This document shows positions 9,674 to 22,500 of a stretch of DNA of 53,840 nt, in pieces. Origin of the DNA: a virus (taxonomy: Duplodnaviria; Caudoviricetes). Position 1 is the first letter of the stretch, and every line of letters starts with the position of its first letter. The position numbers and the translations under genes were made by a program. The DNA is taken from positions 1 to 53,840 of the IMG/VR virus record IMGVR_UViG_3300007511_000030; one strand, given 5' to 3'. The notes below the pieces were generated by a model. It did no database searches, was not told the DNA's origin, and saw only the letters and a program-made list of their open reading frames with translations.

Positions 9674-11128
9674 ATGGGCTGGGCATCAATATTACCCGCT
9701 GTATTTTCGGGGATCGGCACCTTCGCATCTTTAGGCCAGCAGGCGAAATCCGAGGCCGCGCTGTACAACCTCATCTACCAAAATCGCGGCATGGGCTCAG
9801 CGATGTTGAACCACATGATGGATCAACTGGACCTGGACCGCCAATACAAAAACAGGCAATTCCAAAGTGATCAGTTAAATAGACGAATCGCTTTTGATGA
9901 GCGGGCATATAGCCGCTCCCAGAACGACATGATCCGAAAGATCAAGGCGGCTGAGCGCGACTACACCTTGAAACGCCAGAGAGATCTGGATTCAGTCGCC
10001 CAAGAAGAGCGCGAATTCCAGATCCGTCAGTTACTCCAGAACCAGAACCTATCACGCCAAGAACGGCAGTTCGCTGAATCCCAGTTACGCAAACTGCAAT
10101 CAGATCTGGGCCGGGAACGAATAGAAGATAGAGGAGAGCTCAGACGATACCAGGGCCAGTTGGCGAGTGAACGTCGCTTCGATACAGACGAGCTCCGAAC
10201 CGCGCAAAAACTTGCACAAGACGAACGCGATCTCGATCTTCGATTACGGGATTCAATGCTTGGCCGCACTCAGCAGTTGTCTGACGAGATGCGCAGAGCC
10301 CGCGATTCACTTGGCCCGGCCCGTACCGCACGTTTCTTTGATCTATCGGATGTAGAAGACGACGCCATCAGACGGATGGTCGGTTACAACAAGGCCTTAG
10401 ACCGTGCGACGAAGGCAACCACATCTGAAGCAGTCGCTGGCCTTATGCGTAAGGGAATGTACGGCGACACAATCGGCAGCGAAGACTTCCGGCCCGGATC
10501 ACACGCGGAAGACACTCTAGCGCGCATCACCGCCCGAGCTGCTGATCAGTACGCCTCCACCTACGACCGAGCATACGACGAAGCCCTTAAGTACATCACC
10601 GGGGCGCAGGGAATGGAGCAGCAGAATCAGGCCTTCGATATGGCACGCCGAGGCCAACTTCTGGGTGAAGTATCTCAGACGTACTCCTCTCTGCCTTACG
10701 AAATCCAAGCCGCTGGCCTGGGCGCATCCAGCGGTATCTACGACAGGAATGTTGCGTCAGCCGCAAACCGTGGCCAGATCGCATCAGCCACGGGGTACGC
10801 GCCATACATGTCACTCAATTCGGCAATCTACGACAACATCAACCCACAATCACGGATGGCATCAACGCTTAATCTGCCCTCCGCTGCATACGCTGGCACC
10901 AACCCCTCAGCAATCTATAAGACATCGGCGCAAAGCGCGCCGGGCGCATCTCTCTTCGCGCAACTCGCAGGCAACTTATTGGGAAGTGGCCTAAGTCAGT
11001 CTAGTCAACAGGCTCAGGGCTGGCAAAGAACTACTCAGGCCGCAGGCGAAGGATTTGGCACCGCTCTTGGAAACATTGACTGGGCTAAGTTGTTTCAATC
11101 GAACACCCACAACCCCCCTATAACTTGA
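9674..11128 (+). CDS. Putative internal virion / ejection protein
   Basis: Hydrophobic Gly/Ala termini and a Q/R coiled coil typical of pilot proteins. Confidence 0.65.
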   Translation: MGWASILPAVFSGIGTFASLGQQAKSEAALYNLIYQNRGMGSAMLNHMMDQLDLDRQYKNRQFQSDQLNRRIAFDERAYSRSQNDMIRKIKAAERDYTLKRQRDLDSVAQEEREFQIRQLLQNQNLSRQERQFAESQLRKLQSDLGRERIEDRGELRRYQGQLASERRFDTDELRTAQKLAQDERDLDLRLRDSMLGRTQQLSDEMRRARDSLGPARTARFFDLSDVEDDAIRRMVGYNKALDRATKATTSEAVAGLMRKGMYGDTIGSEDFRPGSHAEDTLARITARAADQYASTYDRAYDEALKYITGAQGMEQQNQAFDMARRGQLLGEVSQTYSSLPYEIQAAGLGASSGIYDRNVASAANRGQIASATGYAPYMSLNSAIYDNINPQSRMASTLNLPSAAYAGTNPSAIYKTSAQSAPGASLFAQLAGNLLGSGLSQSSQQAQGWQRTTQAAGEGFGTALGNIDWAKLFQSNTHNPPIT

Positions 11129-11140
11129 GGCTATAGATAA

Positions 11141-13591
11141 ATGTGGGTACTAGGAGCAGTAGGCAAGGGTTGGGCTGAGGCCGAAGCCCAGAAGCAGAAA
11201 GACGCGTCTGGCATTGCTGCAAAATTTGCGGAGCAGTTAAGGCTAAACCCCGACTGGACAGTCGAGGACATGAAACTCGCCCGTGATGCGATAACCAATG
11301 GCCGCTCGTCTCTGCTTGCCTTACTTCCTGACGACGATCGCCTCAGCGAAATCGCTCAAAAAAATCTGCAAGAAGCGAACTGGAAGCGCACCGGTGAAGT
11401 TCTGGATCGCAGAAAAACAGTTCAGTCAGAACTCGATAGGCGATACCAGGATTACATGGAAACCAGTTCCACTGGCAAGCCACAGGAAGACTATGACGCC
11501 ATCCTGCAAATCCGAAAAGATTTCATCGAAGGCACGGGAATGGATGCGGCCGATGCTGCTTTCAAGGGGCTGCGCACCCTGGGCAGCCCCGCTACCGGAG
11601 ACACTGGATCCCTGTATCGATATGCAGACCAGAAGGGGAAAGAGTTATTCTCCGGCCGACGAGCCGCTGCCCGACAAGAGTGGAAAGATATTCTAGGGCG
11701 ACTAACTGACTCTACAGGCGCGATCGACTTATCCAAATGGGAAGATGCTCAGCAGCAATTCAAATCTACCTGGGGCGATCGTCTTGGCGGTAACAGCGTG
11801 TGGAACACGATGTTCCGCACCAAAGATCAACTAACCCAGGTCAATGAAGACATCGCCAGACAACGACTGTCCGACCAACAACTAGCCGCATTTAACGAAA
11901 CTAATCGCGCACAGCAAATCGCGTCAAAAGAAAAATCTACTTGGCTCGCCAATCTAAAACTCTATAAAGACCAAAAACAGGCGGCCCAACAAACTGCTAA
12001 AGACATGGGCTACGAAGGTGACGCCGCAGCCGATTTAATTACCCGACGCTCAAGTGAAAACATTGACCCAATAATGAATGAGCTTGCCAATGAAGCATTA
12101 TCAAAACATGAGTCAATGATTAGAAGCCTTTTATCGGGCTCAGACGGGACAATAGATGCCGTGGCGCTTGGGAAGCAACTTGGCATAACCAATGAGTCGC
12201 TTATCTCAAAAATTAAAACGTCGGCAGAACGCGACTACGCAAAAACAATCCGCGCTGAAACTGCTCAAGCCGAATCAGAACTCGACAAACTTGTAAAAGA
12301 CGAACACGAATGGTCTGGACTTACTGCTCCCAACACAACTGAGGAAGAAAAACTATCACGGTTTCGAGAATTAGCTAAACAAGCAAATATGCCTAACCCC
12401 GAAGAAATAACGGCAAAAGATATGTGGTCCCGCTTAAACGCAATCGGCAAGGGAGTATTTGCGAAGAACCAGTCCGAATACAAGGGCAATATGTTAAAGA
12501 CGTATCACGAAGAGGTTGATGCCCAAAAGAAGTACCTGAACAGCGACCAGTATAAGAACCAAACAAATGCAATAACGGGCTTGGTGGGGGAAAGCGGTGA
12601 TCAGCGATTCGCAAACGATAAGCCATACCAGATGGCAGTCTCAAAAGCGATCCAACAGCTCTTTAATGCGGGAGGCGTCTATTACTTCGATCTATCAAGC
12701 GGCACCAATCATTACATCCAAGCTCTGATTGACTACGCAGCGGACAACAAAGAAGAACTGACAGATGGCAAGCCTGTTAATACCTTTGCCATCGCAACAC
12801 GTCTTCAGCAACGTGCTGGACCAATATTCAAGGCAGCGCAAAATGAGATGCTTGCTGCCACGGGTACGGCTCACCGGCTACCCAAGACGCAATCTGAGTT
12901 TATGTCGTCTGAGGCACAGCGCAAGGCCGCATATCTTGTCGGGCCTCAATACATTGACGCAGACACGTACAACGATGAGATCACACAAGGGATTAAAGAA
13001 GCGGAAAACTTCGTCAACTCTGTCATCAACATTCAAAAAGAACTTAGCAGTCTGGGTGATGATCTAACTCGGGAAAATTACGACACCAAAGTAACGCCGA
13101 TCGTGAATCAGGCGGATGAGATGTACAAAGCCCTCGCCCAAGCAGAAGCGGAGATCCAGACATATATCAGTATGCCTGGCCGATTCGGGGGAAATATTCA
13201 GGACAACAACATTGAGACGCTCAAGGGCTACCTCCAAACGATAAAAGACATTCAAGCAAATCTGGGGTCTATTAACTTACCAGATCCCCCGAAAGATGAG
13301 CGACCAGGATCTGACAAAGACACAGTCCGAAAAAACACCACGACCAGATCTTACCGTCACGGAAATATCCCTGCCGTCAAAGACACGAAACAACGAAAAC
13401 TAGAGAAACAGATCGCGGAAATCCAAAGCGAATTAAATAAGCTGCAAGAACCGATTGATACGTCTGGTCCGTCTTCTCCGAGACGCTTTGGTAAGCGAAT
13501 AGAGACATTCCGAAAAGACCGTATTACCAAACTCGAAGAACAACTATTAGAGCATCAAGCGCGTCTGCAAGAATTATTGGAGTCTGAATAA
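11141..13591 (+). CDS. Putative internal virion / ejection protein
   Basis: 816-aa helical protein directly upstream of the giant gene. Confidence 0.6.
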   Translation: MWVLGAVGKGWAEAEAQKQKDASGIAAKFAEQLRLNPDWTVEDMKLARDAITNGRSSLLALLPDDDRLSEIAQKNLQEANWKRTGEVLDRRKTVQSELDRRYQDYMETSSTGKPQEDYDAILQIRKDFIEGTGMDAADAAFKGLRTLGSPATGDTGSLYRYADQKGKELFSGRRAAARQEWKDILGRLTDSTGAIDLSKWEDAQQQFKSTWGDRLGGNSVWNTMFRTKDQLTQVNEDIARQRLSDQQLAAFNETNRAQQIASKEKSTWLANLKLYKDQKQAAQQTAKDMGYEGDAAADLITRRSSENIDPIMNELANEALSKHESMIRSLLSGSDGTIDAVALGKQLGITNESLISKIKTSAERDYAKTIRAETAQAESELDKLVKDEHEWSGLTAPNTTEEEKLSRFRELAKQANMPNPEEITAKDMWSRLNAIGKGVFAKNQSEYKGNMLKTYHEEVDAQKKYLNSDQYKNQTNAITGLVGESGDQRFANDKPYQMAVSKAIQQLFNAGGVYYFDLSSGTNHYIQALIDYAADNKEELTDGKPVNTFAIATRLQQRAGPIFKAAQNEMLAATGTAHRLPKTQSEFMSSEAQRKAAYLVGPQYIDADTYNDEITQGIKEAENFVNSVINIQKELSSLGDDLTRENYDTKVTPIVNQADEMYKALAQAEAEIQTYISMPGRFGGNIQDNNIETLKGYLQTIKDIQANLGSINLPDPPKDERPGSDKDTVRKNTTTRSYRHGNIPAVKDTKQRKLEKQIAEIQSELNKLQEPIDTSGPSSPRRFGKRIETFRKDRITKLEEQLLEHQARLQELLESE

Positions 13592-13592
13592 T

Positions 13593-16500
13593 ATGCCCAC
13601 CCTTAATGAACTCATAGCTCAGCAGAGCAACATTAATGAGAACTCAGACCAATGGGACTATGACGTCGAATCCATAGACAAGTCGAAAGTGCTGTCTGAC
13701 CCTCGAGTCCTGGCGGACATGCGGAGATTATTCGAAGTAGAGGGCGGCAAGTTCGATTCAGATGAGGACATGGTCAACTACTGGTATCGGCTCCAATCCG
13801 GTGGTGACACAAATCTTCTGCTCGCTGGACGCCTGTTAGCAGAAGCATCAAACGATGACCAGGAGATGAAGCGCATCAAGTCCCGCCTTGCTCGCGTCCG
13901 TCAGCACATGCCTGGACCTGGCGAGGAAGGACACCCAGGGTGGTGGGAATGGACGCGCGGATATGTCGGCAATGCCTTGTGGGACATCACGAACTTCGGG
14001 GGCATTGGCTTAGCAGCAAAAGGCATACGTGGCGCAGCGCTTGCGGGCAAGATAGCCAAGGGGAAAACAGCAACTTCCGCGATTGGCAAGAAACGAATGG
14101 CGCAAGTGGGCGCCCTCGAAGCCGGAATCTCTGGTGGCCAAGAAGCAGCGCTCAATACCATGGGCCAACTCCGCGATATAGAGATCGGCGTCCAAGATGA
14201 ATTCGATTATGGAGAACTCGGGCTTGCCACGGGATTCGGGGTGCTCATCGGCGGTGTAATTGGCGGCGCAATCTCAGGCGGAGCCACTTGGTTCGTTGGC
14301 ACTCGCGCACTGAGCAACATCCAAAAACTCAGATCCGCTGGCTGGCGAGACGAAGACATTGCGCAGCTCGGTGAGCAGCAATTCAAAGAAGCCTGGCAGC
14401 AAAGCCTCCCCGCCCCCCATATCGAAAGAACAGTCCCCGGTGACACCATCGGGATGTTTAACGACCCGAGCATGTTCGAAGACGGAGTCCCCAGTGGACG
14501 ACCGCTTACTGAAGAAGAAGTTGAGAACCTCGACAGGGCTCCGCACTATGGCTCAGACACCATGTCTGAAGAAGAGCTCGCGTTAGGCGCCGGAATTGAA
14601 CCAACCCGCTCACCGGATTCGGGCCTCGATGCGGAAGAGCGTCTCCTGGCTGAGCAGCGAAGACAGGTAGAAGAAGAACTTGTAGATCTTCGCTTATCGG
14701 CAGAGGGGTCAGGACCAGAGTCCACTCTTTGGGATCAAATTCAGGAAGCTGCTACTCGCCTGTCAAATATTAGAAAACTTCAAAACTGGAAAGCCAGGAT
14801 TCTTCGAGAGCAGGCTGAAATTGATGCAATGCTCGCATCAAACGATCCCAAAAGAATTGAGATCGGCCGCATTCGCACAATCGACAACGCAAAGACGCGA
14901 GCAGAATACGAAACATTACTCAGACGAGTCGCGCTAGACCCATCCGAGCTTGATCAATTAGACCAAACTTTAGACCAGCCTTCTTTTCTTCAGTCTGCGG
15001 AAACATCGTGGGGAGCTGACAATCTAAATGCCGGTCAAGTTATTGACCCCGCCGGGCCGCCAAAACCACCCGAGCAAGTTGGCCCGCCGAAGCCGTCTGA
15101 GCCGGAACCCAGCTCAGAGGCCGCTGCTATTGGTGCCAGAGGAGAGCCGCTTCCCGACACCGCTCCCACCACCGACGCCACCCCCACCGCCGACACCGCT
15201 CCCACCACCGGTGACACCGCCACCACCACCGCCGATGCGGAACCGGCTCAGACGAAGGGGCGTCCTAAGAAACTTAAAGATACCCACAGACAATACCTGC
15301 TCGATAACAACATCGTTACCGAACAGCAGTTAGAAAAGACGCGACCCCAACGTCTGGCCTATAAGCTGGCTCAGCACGCTGGCCTTGGAGTAAAACGACC
15401 AGACGGATCCAATAAGACAACAGAAGAAATCCTGGCGGAATTCGATGAGTGGAAAACGAAGGCCGACGAAGACGCTGCGTCAGTAGAGGCTAACGAGACA
15501 CCCGTCGGTGAAACTGCGGCAAGCAGTGCCCCCAAGTCTGCTGAAGACGCACTGGTAGCGCTTTCCACAGAAATGATATTGGCTAACCCTGATTCGTTCT
15601 TGGATCGAACCATTGTGTTCAACAGGATCGAGCAAAACGGCCTGCCCAAAGATGTGCAGGACGCTATGAAAGATCAGTGGCTCACTATCATGAACCAGGA
15701 GCCAAAGTCTCATCATTTCCTAGAAGGCCTTAATGACGAAGATGCCAAGTGGATCAATAGAGAAGTCGGCAAGCGCTGGAAACAGATAGAACAAAACGCT
15801 ACACCGATGCTCATGGCCAACCCAGCCATGAAAGAGATGTACGGTTCAGTCGATGGATTTCTCAAAGCAGCTCGCGTCCGCTTGGAGCAACAGGTTCGCG
15901 CCGACTATCTCGAAGGAAAGATCGGCCCGCGCAAACGTAAGAAGAGCGCAACTCAAACAGCAATAGACAAGGTTGAAGGATCGCTTGGCCCACGCACGGA
16001 CGAACAAAAAACTTCTGCGGAAATTATTGCAGAAAATTTGCGGATCGCTCGCGAAGCCAAAGCACAAAGAGATCTCGAGCGCGCGGTCCCGCAGGAAGCC
16101 GCCCCAGACGAAGGAACAAAGACCACAGCCCGACTTACTGGCGAAGCACAGGAACGCGGTATTCAGGGCGAAACTGAAGCGCGAGCCTATGCTGATTTAA
16201 CTGGCACCAAATCTCCCATCAAATTCAGGGCCACAGGCACCGAACGCCTGTCTGACACCAAACGCGTCGATACCGAGAATGTCGATGCGCGCAGACAGAG
16301 AGAAGAGGCAATAGAAGATGCCAAGTCCCGAGCGGACAAGGGAGATGCCCAGGCAACAGAAGAACTGCTTGAGCTACAAAAGATGGGCGAACGTGTATTC
16401 AAACCAGCGTTCGCTAAAAAGGGCCAGGAAGCCTGGTACGACCCCACCACTGGCCGTGTCTTCTCCAACCGAAACAACATCAACGTCGCAAATAAGATCG

Positions 16501-19500
16501 CAGAGGACGTTGATCTTGGCCCCAAGGTAACGCCTGACGCGGCGCATAATGCTGCTGCGGAGCGCCGCCGCGTAACCCTGGCCGAAGCAATCAAGAACAT
16601 CAAAGCAAAGATTGATCGGAATGCGCTACTAACAGAGAAAGAAGCAGTTGCGTATCCAGAAATGCAAGATGAACTTGCACGTCTGGAGGCGCGTCTTGGC
16701 CCCAAACAAGAGAAGTCCCCAGACAAAACTCCAGAACAGGTAGACGACGCCGAACTGATATATGACGAGGACGGACTTGAGAGCGCGGTAACTCCAGACG
16801 AAGCTGGCGCCACCGTTGTTCAGACGGGTCGCAGACAGGTCACGAACGAAGACGGCGATGTAGAGATTCTCGACTCCGTTGCCAGGACTCCAGAAGAGCA
16901 CACCGTAGCAATCACTAGAGCATTCCAAGACTACCAGGAAAGTGGAAACCCCCAGACGTTGCAAGATGCAATTAAACGCATCAACGAGGAATTCGCACTC
17001 GAGGGGACGAGCATCGCGATTCCAGAACCTTCTGTACAACCTGGAGTTCGCAAGGGTGATCGTGTTGTTGCAATCGTCAAACGTGATGGCGACTTGTCTG
17101 AGAGAAAAAGTAAACGGGTTATTTCCCAGAACCAGATTGCTGCTGGCAAGGGTTATCGGGACTTGCTCGGTAACGCGAAAGAAGAGGACTGGATCGTTGG
17201 ATCAGTACCCCGTGGAATAAGCGCGTCTGACCCCAACTTCGCTAAGCACTTCGTCCCAGATACACCAGACGATGCCCCCGCCATCGCAAAAATTCCAGAA
17301 GGCCAGCCGGGATCTGATCAGACGTCAATCGACACGTTTGCTGCTCAAACCTTTGAGCTGTTCTCAACCCCGAAAACTGGCGGCCGTGTTGTCACCGGCC
17401 CCTTCAGTGACATATACGAAAAAATCCTTCAGGTTGGAACGAAGTATTCAGAATATTTTGATAACGCCGCATATAAAGACGGCCGAATCGTAATCACTGG
17501 CTCAAACCTCGACAGAGTAATTTTAGACCTGGGCCACGGTTTCCCAGAATCAAAGAAAGGAGGCTTCGCCAAAACGATCGATGAGCATCGGGATCGAGTG
17601 ACAATGCTTGAGACCATGCTTGAAGTGCGTCGCCAACTCGCCCCCAACGGGATAAGAAGGCAGGACGAAGATCTTACCCAGGCAACAGACCGCTTAGTCA
17701 ACAACATCTTCAGCGAGTCTGACGAAGCAACCAAGACAGTTGCGCGAAGTGTTTTGCAGAAACTGTCAATCGCTTACAAGTTGTCCCCAAGTGGCGCGCC
17801 GGGCCGCGCCCCAATTATTCAGGCTAACCAAGACGGTGGGTTTGGTTTCGCCCATGGTAAGAACACCATTGAAGTTGGCGACTTAGGAAACGGATACGCA
17901 CCGAACGCTGGCCGCCTGATTCACGAAGTCGGTCACTGGGCATGGGACAACATCCTCACAGATGCAGACAAGATTGAATATCTGCAAATGTTCAATCGTT
18001 ACTACAATGAAGACGGATCGCTGAATCTCGCCGCCCTTGAAGGCAGAACGATTGACAATGCGCTTATCCGAACCAATGCACTTGAAGGCCCAGGGGAATT
18101 CTTCGCAAGTCAGTTAGAACGCTGGGCCACTCAGAACGTCTACCGCAATGAAATCGGTAATGAAACATTCTGGGTAAGAATGGTCAACTACATGAAAGCC
18201 ATCTTTGACAGGTACATGGATGGCCGAAGAATTGATCCAGAGATGGAGCGATTGTTCAAGAAGATTCTTCCTGCAAATGAGGCACGCGCCGCAGCACTTC
18301 GCGGTCCCACCACTAGAGCAGGTACACGGGCGGGCCAGGCGATTATGAATCGGGCATGGGCGCTCGACGATATTATGGAACGACTCGAGGGCTCACTCGA
18401 GGGCGAAGATATCGAGCAATCCCTCTTCGTCCCAGTAGAGTTGATGCACTACCTCTACTCCATTGGCGGTGGTGCAGACGGTAAGAACCCACTTAACGCT
18501 GTTGCGCCAATCAAGTCTGAAATTGCAAGAGCATCACGGGAACTCAAAGACGCGCTCAATATTCCAGAAGGTATCAATTTCGATAGATCGATCGAAGTCC
18601 TAAGCGACATTGATCCATCTTCTATGGAGTTTGTAAGAAGGACTGAACTCGTCCGCAGGCTCCTCGATGAAGGCATTGTCGCAGAACAGCCAAATGTGCC
18701 CATGCGCCCCATTCGAGACATTGTCGAAGACATCAGACAACGTCTTGCCAAGAAGTTTTACAACACAGAAGGCGAGCACTACCGGACAGACAACATGCCG
18801 CCTTCCGTCAAGAAATACGCATACAAAAATGCAAACGGAGATTACCGAGCCCCCGGACGCAAGGGCGGCGGTCGTGGCCGGAAGTATGCAGCAGCGGCCA
18901 AACAACGAGAGAAGCGCAAGGAGCGCGTGGCCAAGGATCTCGAGAAGGCGCAGAACATGGTGGCCAAAGACAATGGCGCGCCTCCCGTCAACTCCCCAAG
19001 CCTGAAGACACTCTCAGACGACGAACTTCTCACGCTTTGGGAACAGCACTCAACCGGCAAATTTGGCAAGCAAATCGCCAATGAGTACGGAGCTCGTGTT
19101 GCAGCCCGCCCCCTTCCAGTGGATCCAGTCGAGATACCAAACGAGGTGTTCGAAATGAACACCAAAGATCTTCTCGTTGCTGGCCGAGATGCTTGGCGAT
19201 CAGGTGATTCTGGACGACTGCACCAAGTCTTGTACGAGTATGGTCGCCGCGCTCACAACAAGAACAACCCGGACAATAAGATCCAGGCGGTGCGCAGCAA
19301 GCACGTCATAGACATTATGACTCGCGAACTTGCGGACACCGTTGGCGATGAGGCAAACGATGGCATCCCCGCAAGCGCCAGGGCAAATGTTCGAGAAATT
19401 CTCACTCAGTTCAGCAACCGTAACCCAGCCAGGCAAGTAGCTGAAAGACGGATCATGTACCGCCTTCTTGCGTTGGCCGGACGAACTCAACCGGGACCGG

Positions 19501-22500
19501 AGCACGAGAATCTCGTCACCAACGGTGACATCTACCGCTTGGCTGATTTTACGGGAGCAGAACGACCAAAACCCCGGCACCCGGATTCTGTATTTACTGA
19601 TTTTGGAGACCCAGAATTCCAGTCCCTCAGACGATCTATCAGAGAAATAGTTGTCGGGTTGCAGGGGTCGAACAAAGTTGCGAAGGGGCGTGGCCACGTT
19701 AAATCGATAACCGATACTTTAGGCCACGTTATCCACTCTGGCATTCTCTCTGAAGAAGATGTTACTGCCGTGATGAAGGCCTACAGGCCAATCAGCAGGA
19801 CGGACGACATGCTCCGTCAAAAACAAAATTACAACGCGACAGGCCAGTTGGCTAAATTTGAGCGCCGGACTTACGCTGACGAGGAACGTGACGATGCTCT
19901 GCACTGGTTTGCTTTTGACACCGCGCGCCTTTTAAATAATTCTGGATCCCAGATATCTGACCCGCATTTAGTCAACATACAAGACAGGACCATTGAGGGT
20001 CTGGCTTACGTGCTCAATGGTCAAATCAAAAGCAAAGAGCTAAAAGCTAAATTCCCAATGCTGGACGCATTCGGCGATATGTTCGCCCCGTTGCGTGTCG
20101 GAGGTAAGCATCCACTACTTGATACCCTTGGCAGACGCACGGCAATTCCCCAGGAATATTCCGTTGAATACGTCGGTCAGCTTTTGGAATCAATGACCCC
20201 ACAGCGGTTTGATGCGGTCATGTCATTCGTTGGGCGCGGCATAGGAAGAGCGAGCGACTCATCGCCCGTAGTCTTTTGGCACGGCACAGCCAGCGGACCG
20301 ATCGAGGCCACCCCCGAATTTAAAGTAAACATGTCTGATTCCGGCTCTGTCTGGGGGCCGGGCTTCTATGTCACTTATGGCGAGAACGCCAGGAAGGCTG
20401 CGACTTTTTACGCCAGCGGTGCTGTTTCCAGCCGTAGCTACGAATTCCGCATCAGAGACGCATTGGAGAAAGGCGCCCTGACCGACAAGGAAGCGGAAGA
20501 AATGCTCGGTGTCGCGCTCGATCTGCTCGATGCCCGAAATGTTATCCGGCACAACAATGCCCTGCTTCGCCGAATCGAGCAGGAGATCACCTACGAAGAT
20601 CCCAGCATGACGTTTGAGGATCTCAACAAGAATTCACGAATCGCCAGAAGCATTCGTGAATCTAAAGAATACATGCGGGTCGCTGGCGATGTCGAACGCT
20701 TCGCGCAAGACATGCTCCGCGAACACGGCATTGGCGATGACCCCCACATGATCCCGATGGTTGCCCACATTAACCATCCAGTTGACTTCAGAGATGCTCG
20801 GTCTTACGACATGAACAGCCCCCTGATTAGAGAAATTGTAGAACTTGGATCAACGATGGGTGTGCTTGATTCATTCGCGCTGCGCCGAATTGACGCCAAC
20901 TTCAGCCGACCACTAAACGGAAGCGACACATACAAAGCGCTTGTCGACGCATTTCACGCCAATCAAAACTCGCTTGGCAAGAGACACGCAAAAGAACTTC
21001 TGGCCAAGTTCCTGAAAGATGAGCTTGGCTACGATGGGATGACATACACGCACGGTTTTGTTGACCATAATGGGGATGAAACTCTGTTTGATGGGGCTGT
21101 GGTTTGGGATCAGAGCCAGGTCAAAGCGCTGACAGCAAAAGAGTTTGACGGCACGTCAGACGTATTCAGCCAGCACGTTATTCAACCGCGAGCTGATGTG
21201 GTCGATGGCGTAACCCCGAACGGCATTTTGATGTCCGCACACATCGCAGACGCCCGCGCAAGAAACAATGCGATGAACTTCTCTGCAATCGGTAACTCCC
21301 TGGAAGAAGGAGGCACATCGCCCCGTCTGGTCGATACGATGCGGAATATGCTTAAGGGCAAGAAAGCCACCGACTCTGATATACGGGAGGTGCGGAAAGT
21401 TGCTCGCGGCTTGCAGCTCAGAACCAACTCCAGTCGGATCCGCGCTTGGGGCGGCAATTGGTTTGCTGACTGGGTGGCCCCAGTCGAAGGCACCGGATAC
21501 TATGAAAGTCACCACATCATGCTCGCTGGCAAGATCATGCCAATCATCAAGCGCTTGAACGACGCAACTTCTGGCCACAATGTCAAAGGCGCAATGAAGA
21601 GATGGATGTCGAAATCCAATCCGCTATCTAAGAACATGACGGCGGAAGAAGAAAAAATTGCGAAGGCGCTCAGACGGGCTCCAGGGAATAAATACGAGAA
21701 GTCGTTGACCCCCGCTGGTCGAGAAACACTAGCAATGATTCGCGGTATGTTCGCCGACGAGATAAATGAAATGGAGAAGGCCGGAATCATTACTGGCCGA
21801 ATCGAAAACTACTTCCCCCAGATTTGGAGCACAGAGAAGATCCGTAGAAACATGGATGACTTCAGACGGGGGATGGCCAGGTATTTTGTCCACGAAGCTC
21901 AGGACCGTGGAGAGACATTATCAATGTCTGATGCGCTACACCGAGCTGATGGAATGACTGAGACGCTCCTGCTTGAAGACGGCATCAATCTCCCCCCCGC
22001 TGGCGGTGGAAGTCGGGACAAGGTAACTGACCACATCGACTACCAGAGGCTGATCCGTCTGGATCAGTACCCCGAGATGGTTGATGCGCTCGAGCCCTTC
22101 CTCGAAAACAATCTGCGCGACGTGCTCGTCAAGTACCTTGATGGCACAACATCCAGGCTGCTGTTCCACAACAAGTTTGGCGTCAAGAACCACGGCTTCT
22201 ACGCATACAAGAAAGTCATCCAAGAAGGCGAAGAAGGAATCATTGATCTTCTCGTTTCTGACTCAATCAAGATGCGTCCCATTAAGGGAAGAGTCGGGGG
22301 CGAGGCTGTCGTAGAGCACGCTAACTTCAAGCACCGGGTCATCAACGCACCTTACAGTGCAGAGTCACGAAATGACGCCGCAGTTGCTGTACGTCAAGCA
22401 ATGGATCTGTACCGCAACCGTGGCGCTCTCGCCGCCAAGAAATATCTCGATGATCTGTCTGAAGAGCCGAACCCGGAATGGGGTAAGCGAGTCGATGCGA

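Noticed and set aside
17004-17010. Additional GGGACGA inside the giant gene, plus minus-strand copies near 6510, 17252, 18427 and 35429
   Set aside because: The 17004 copy is followed by G and has no AAT at the fixed spacing; the minus-strand copies are intragenic. A few chance 7-mers are expected in 54 kb.
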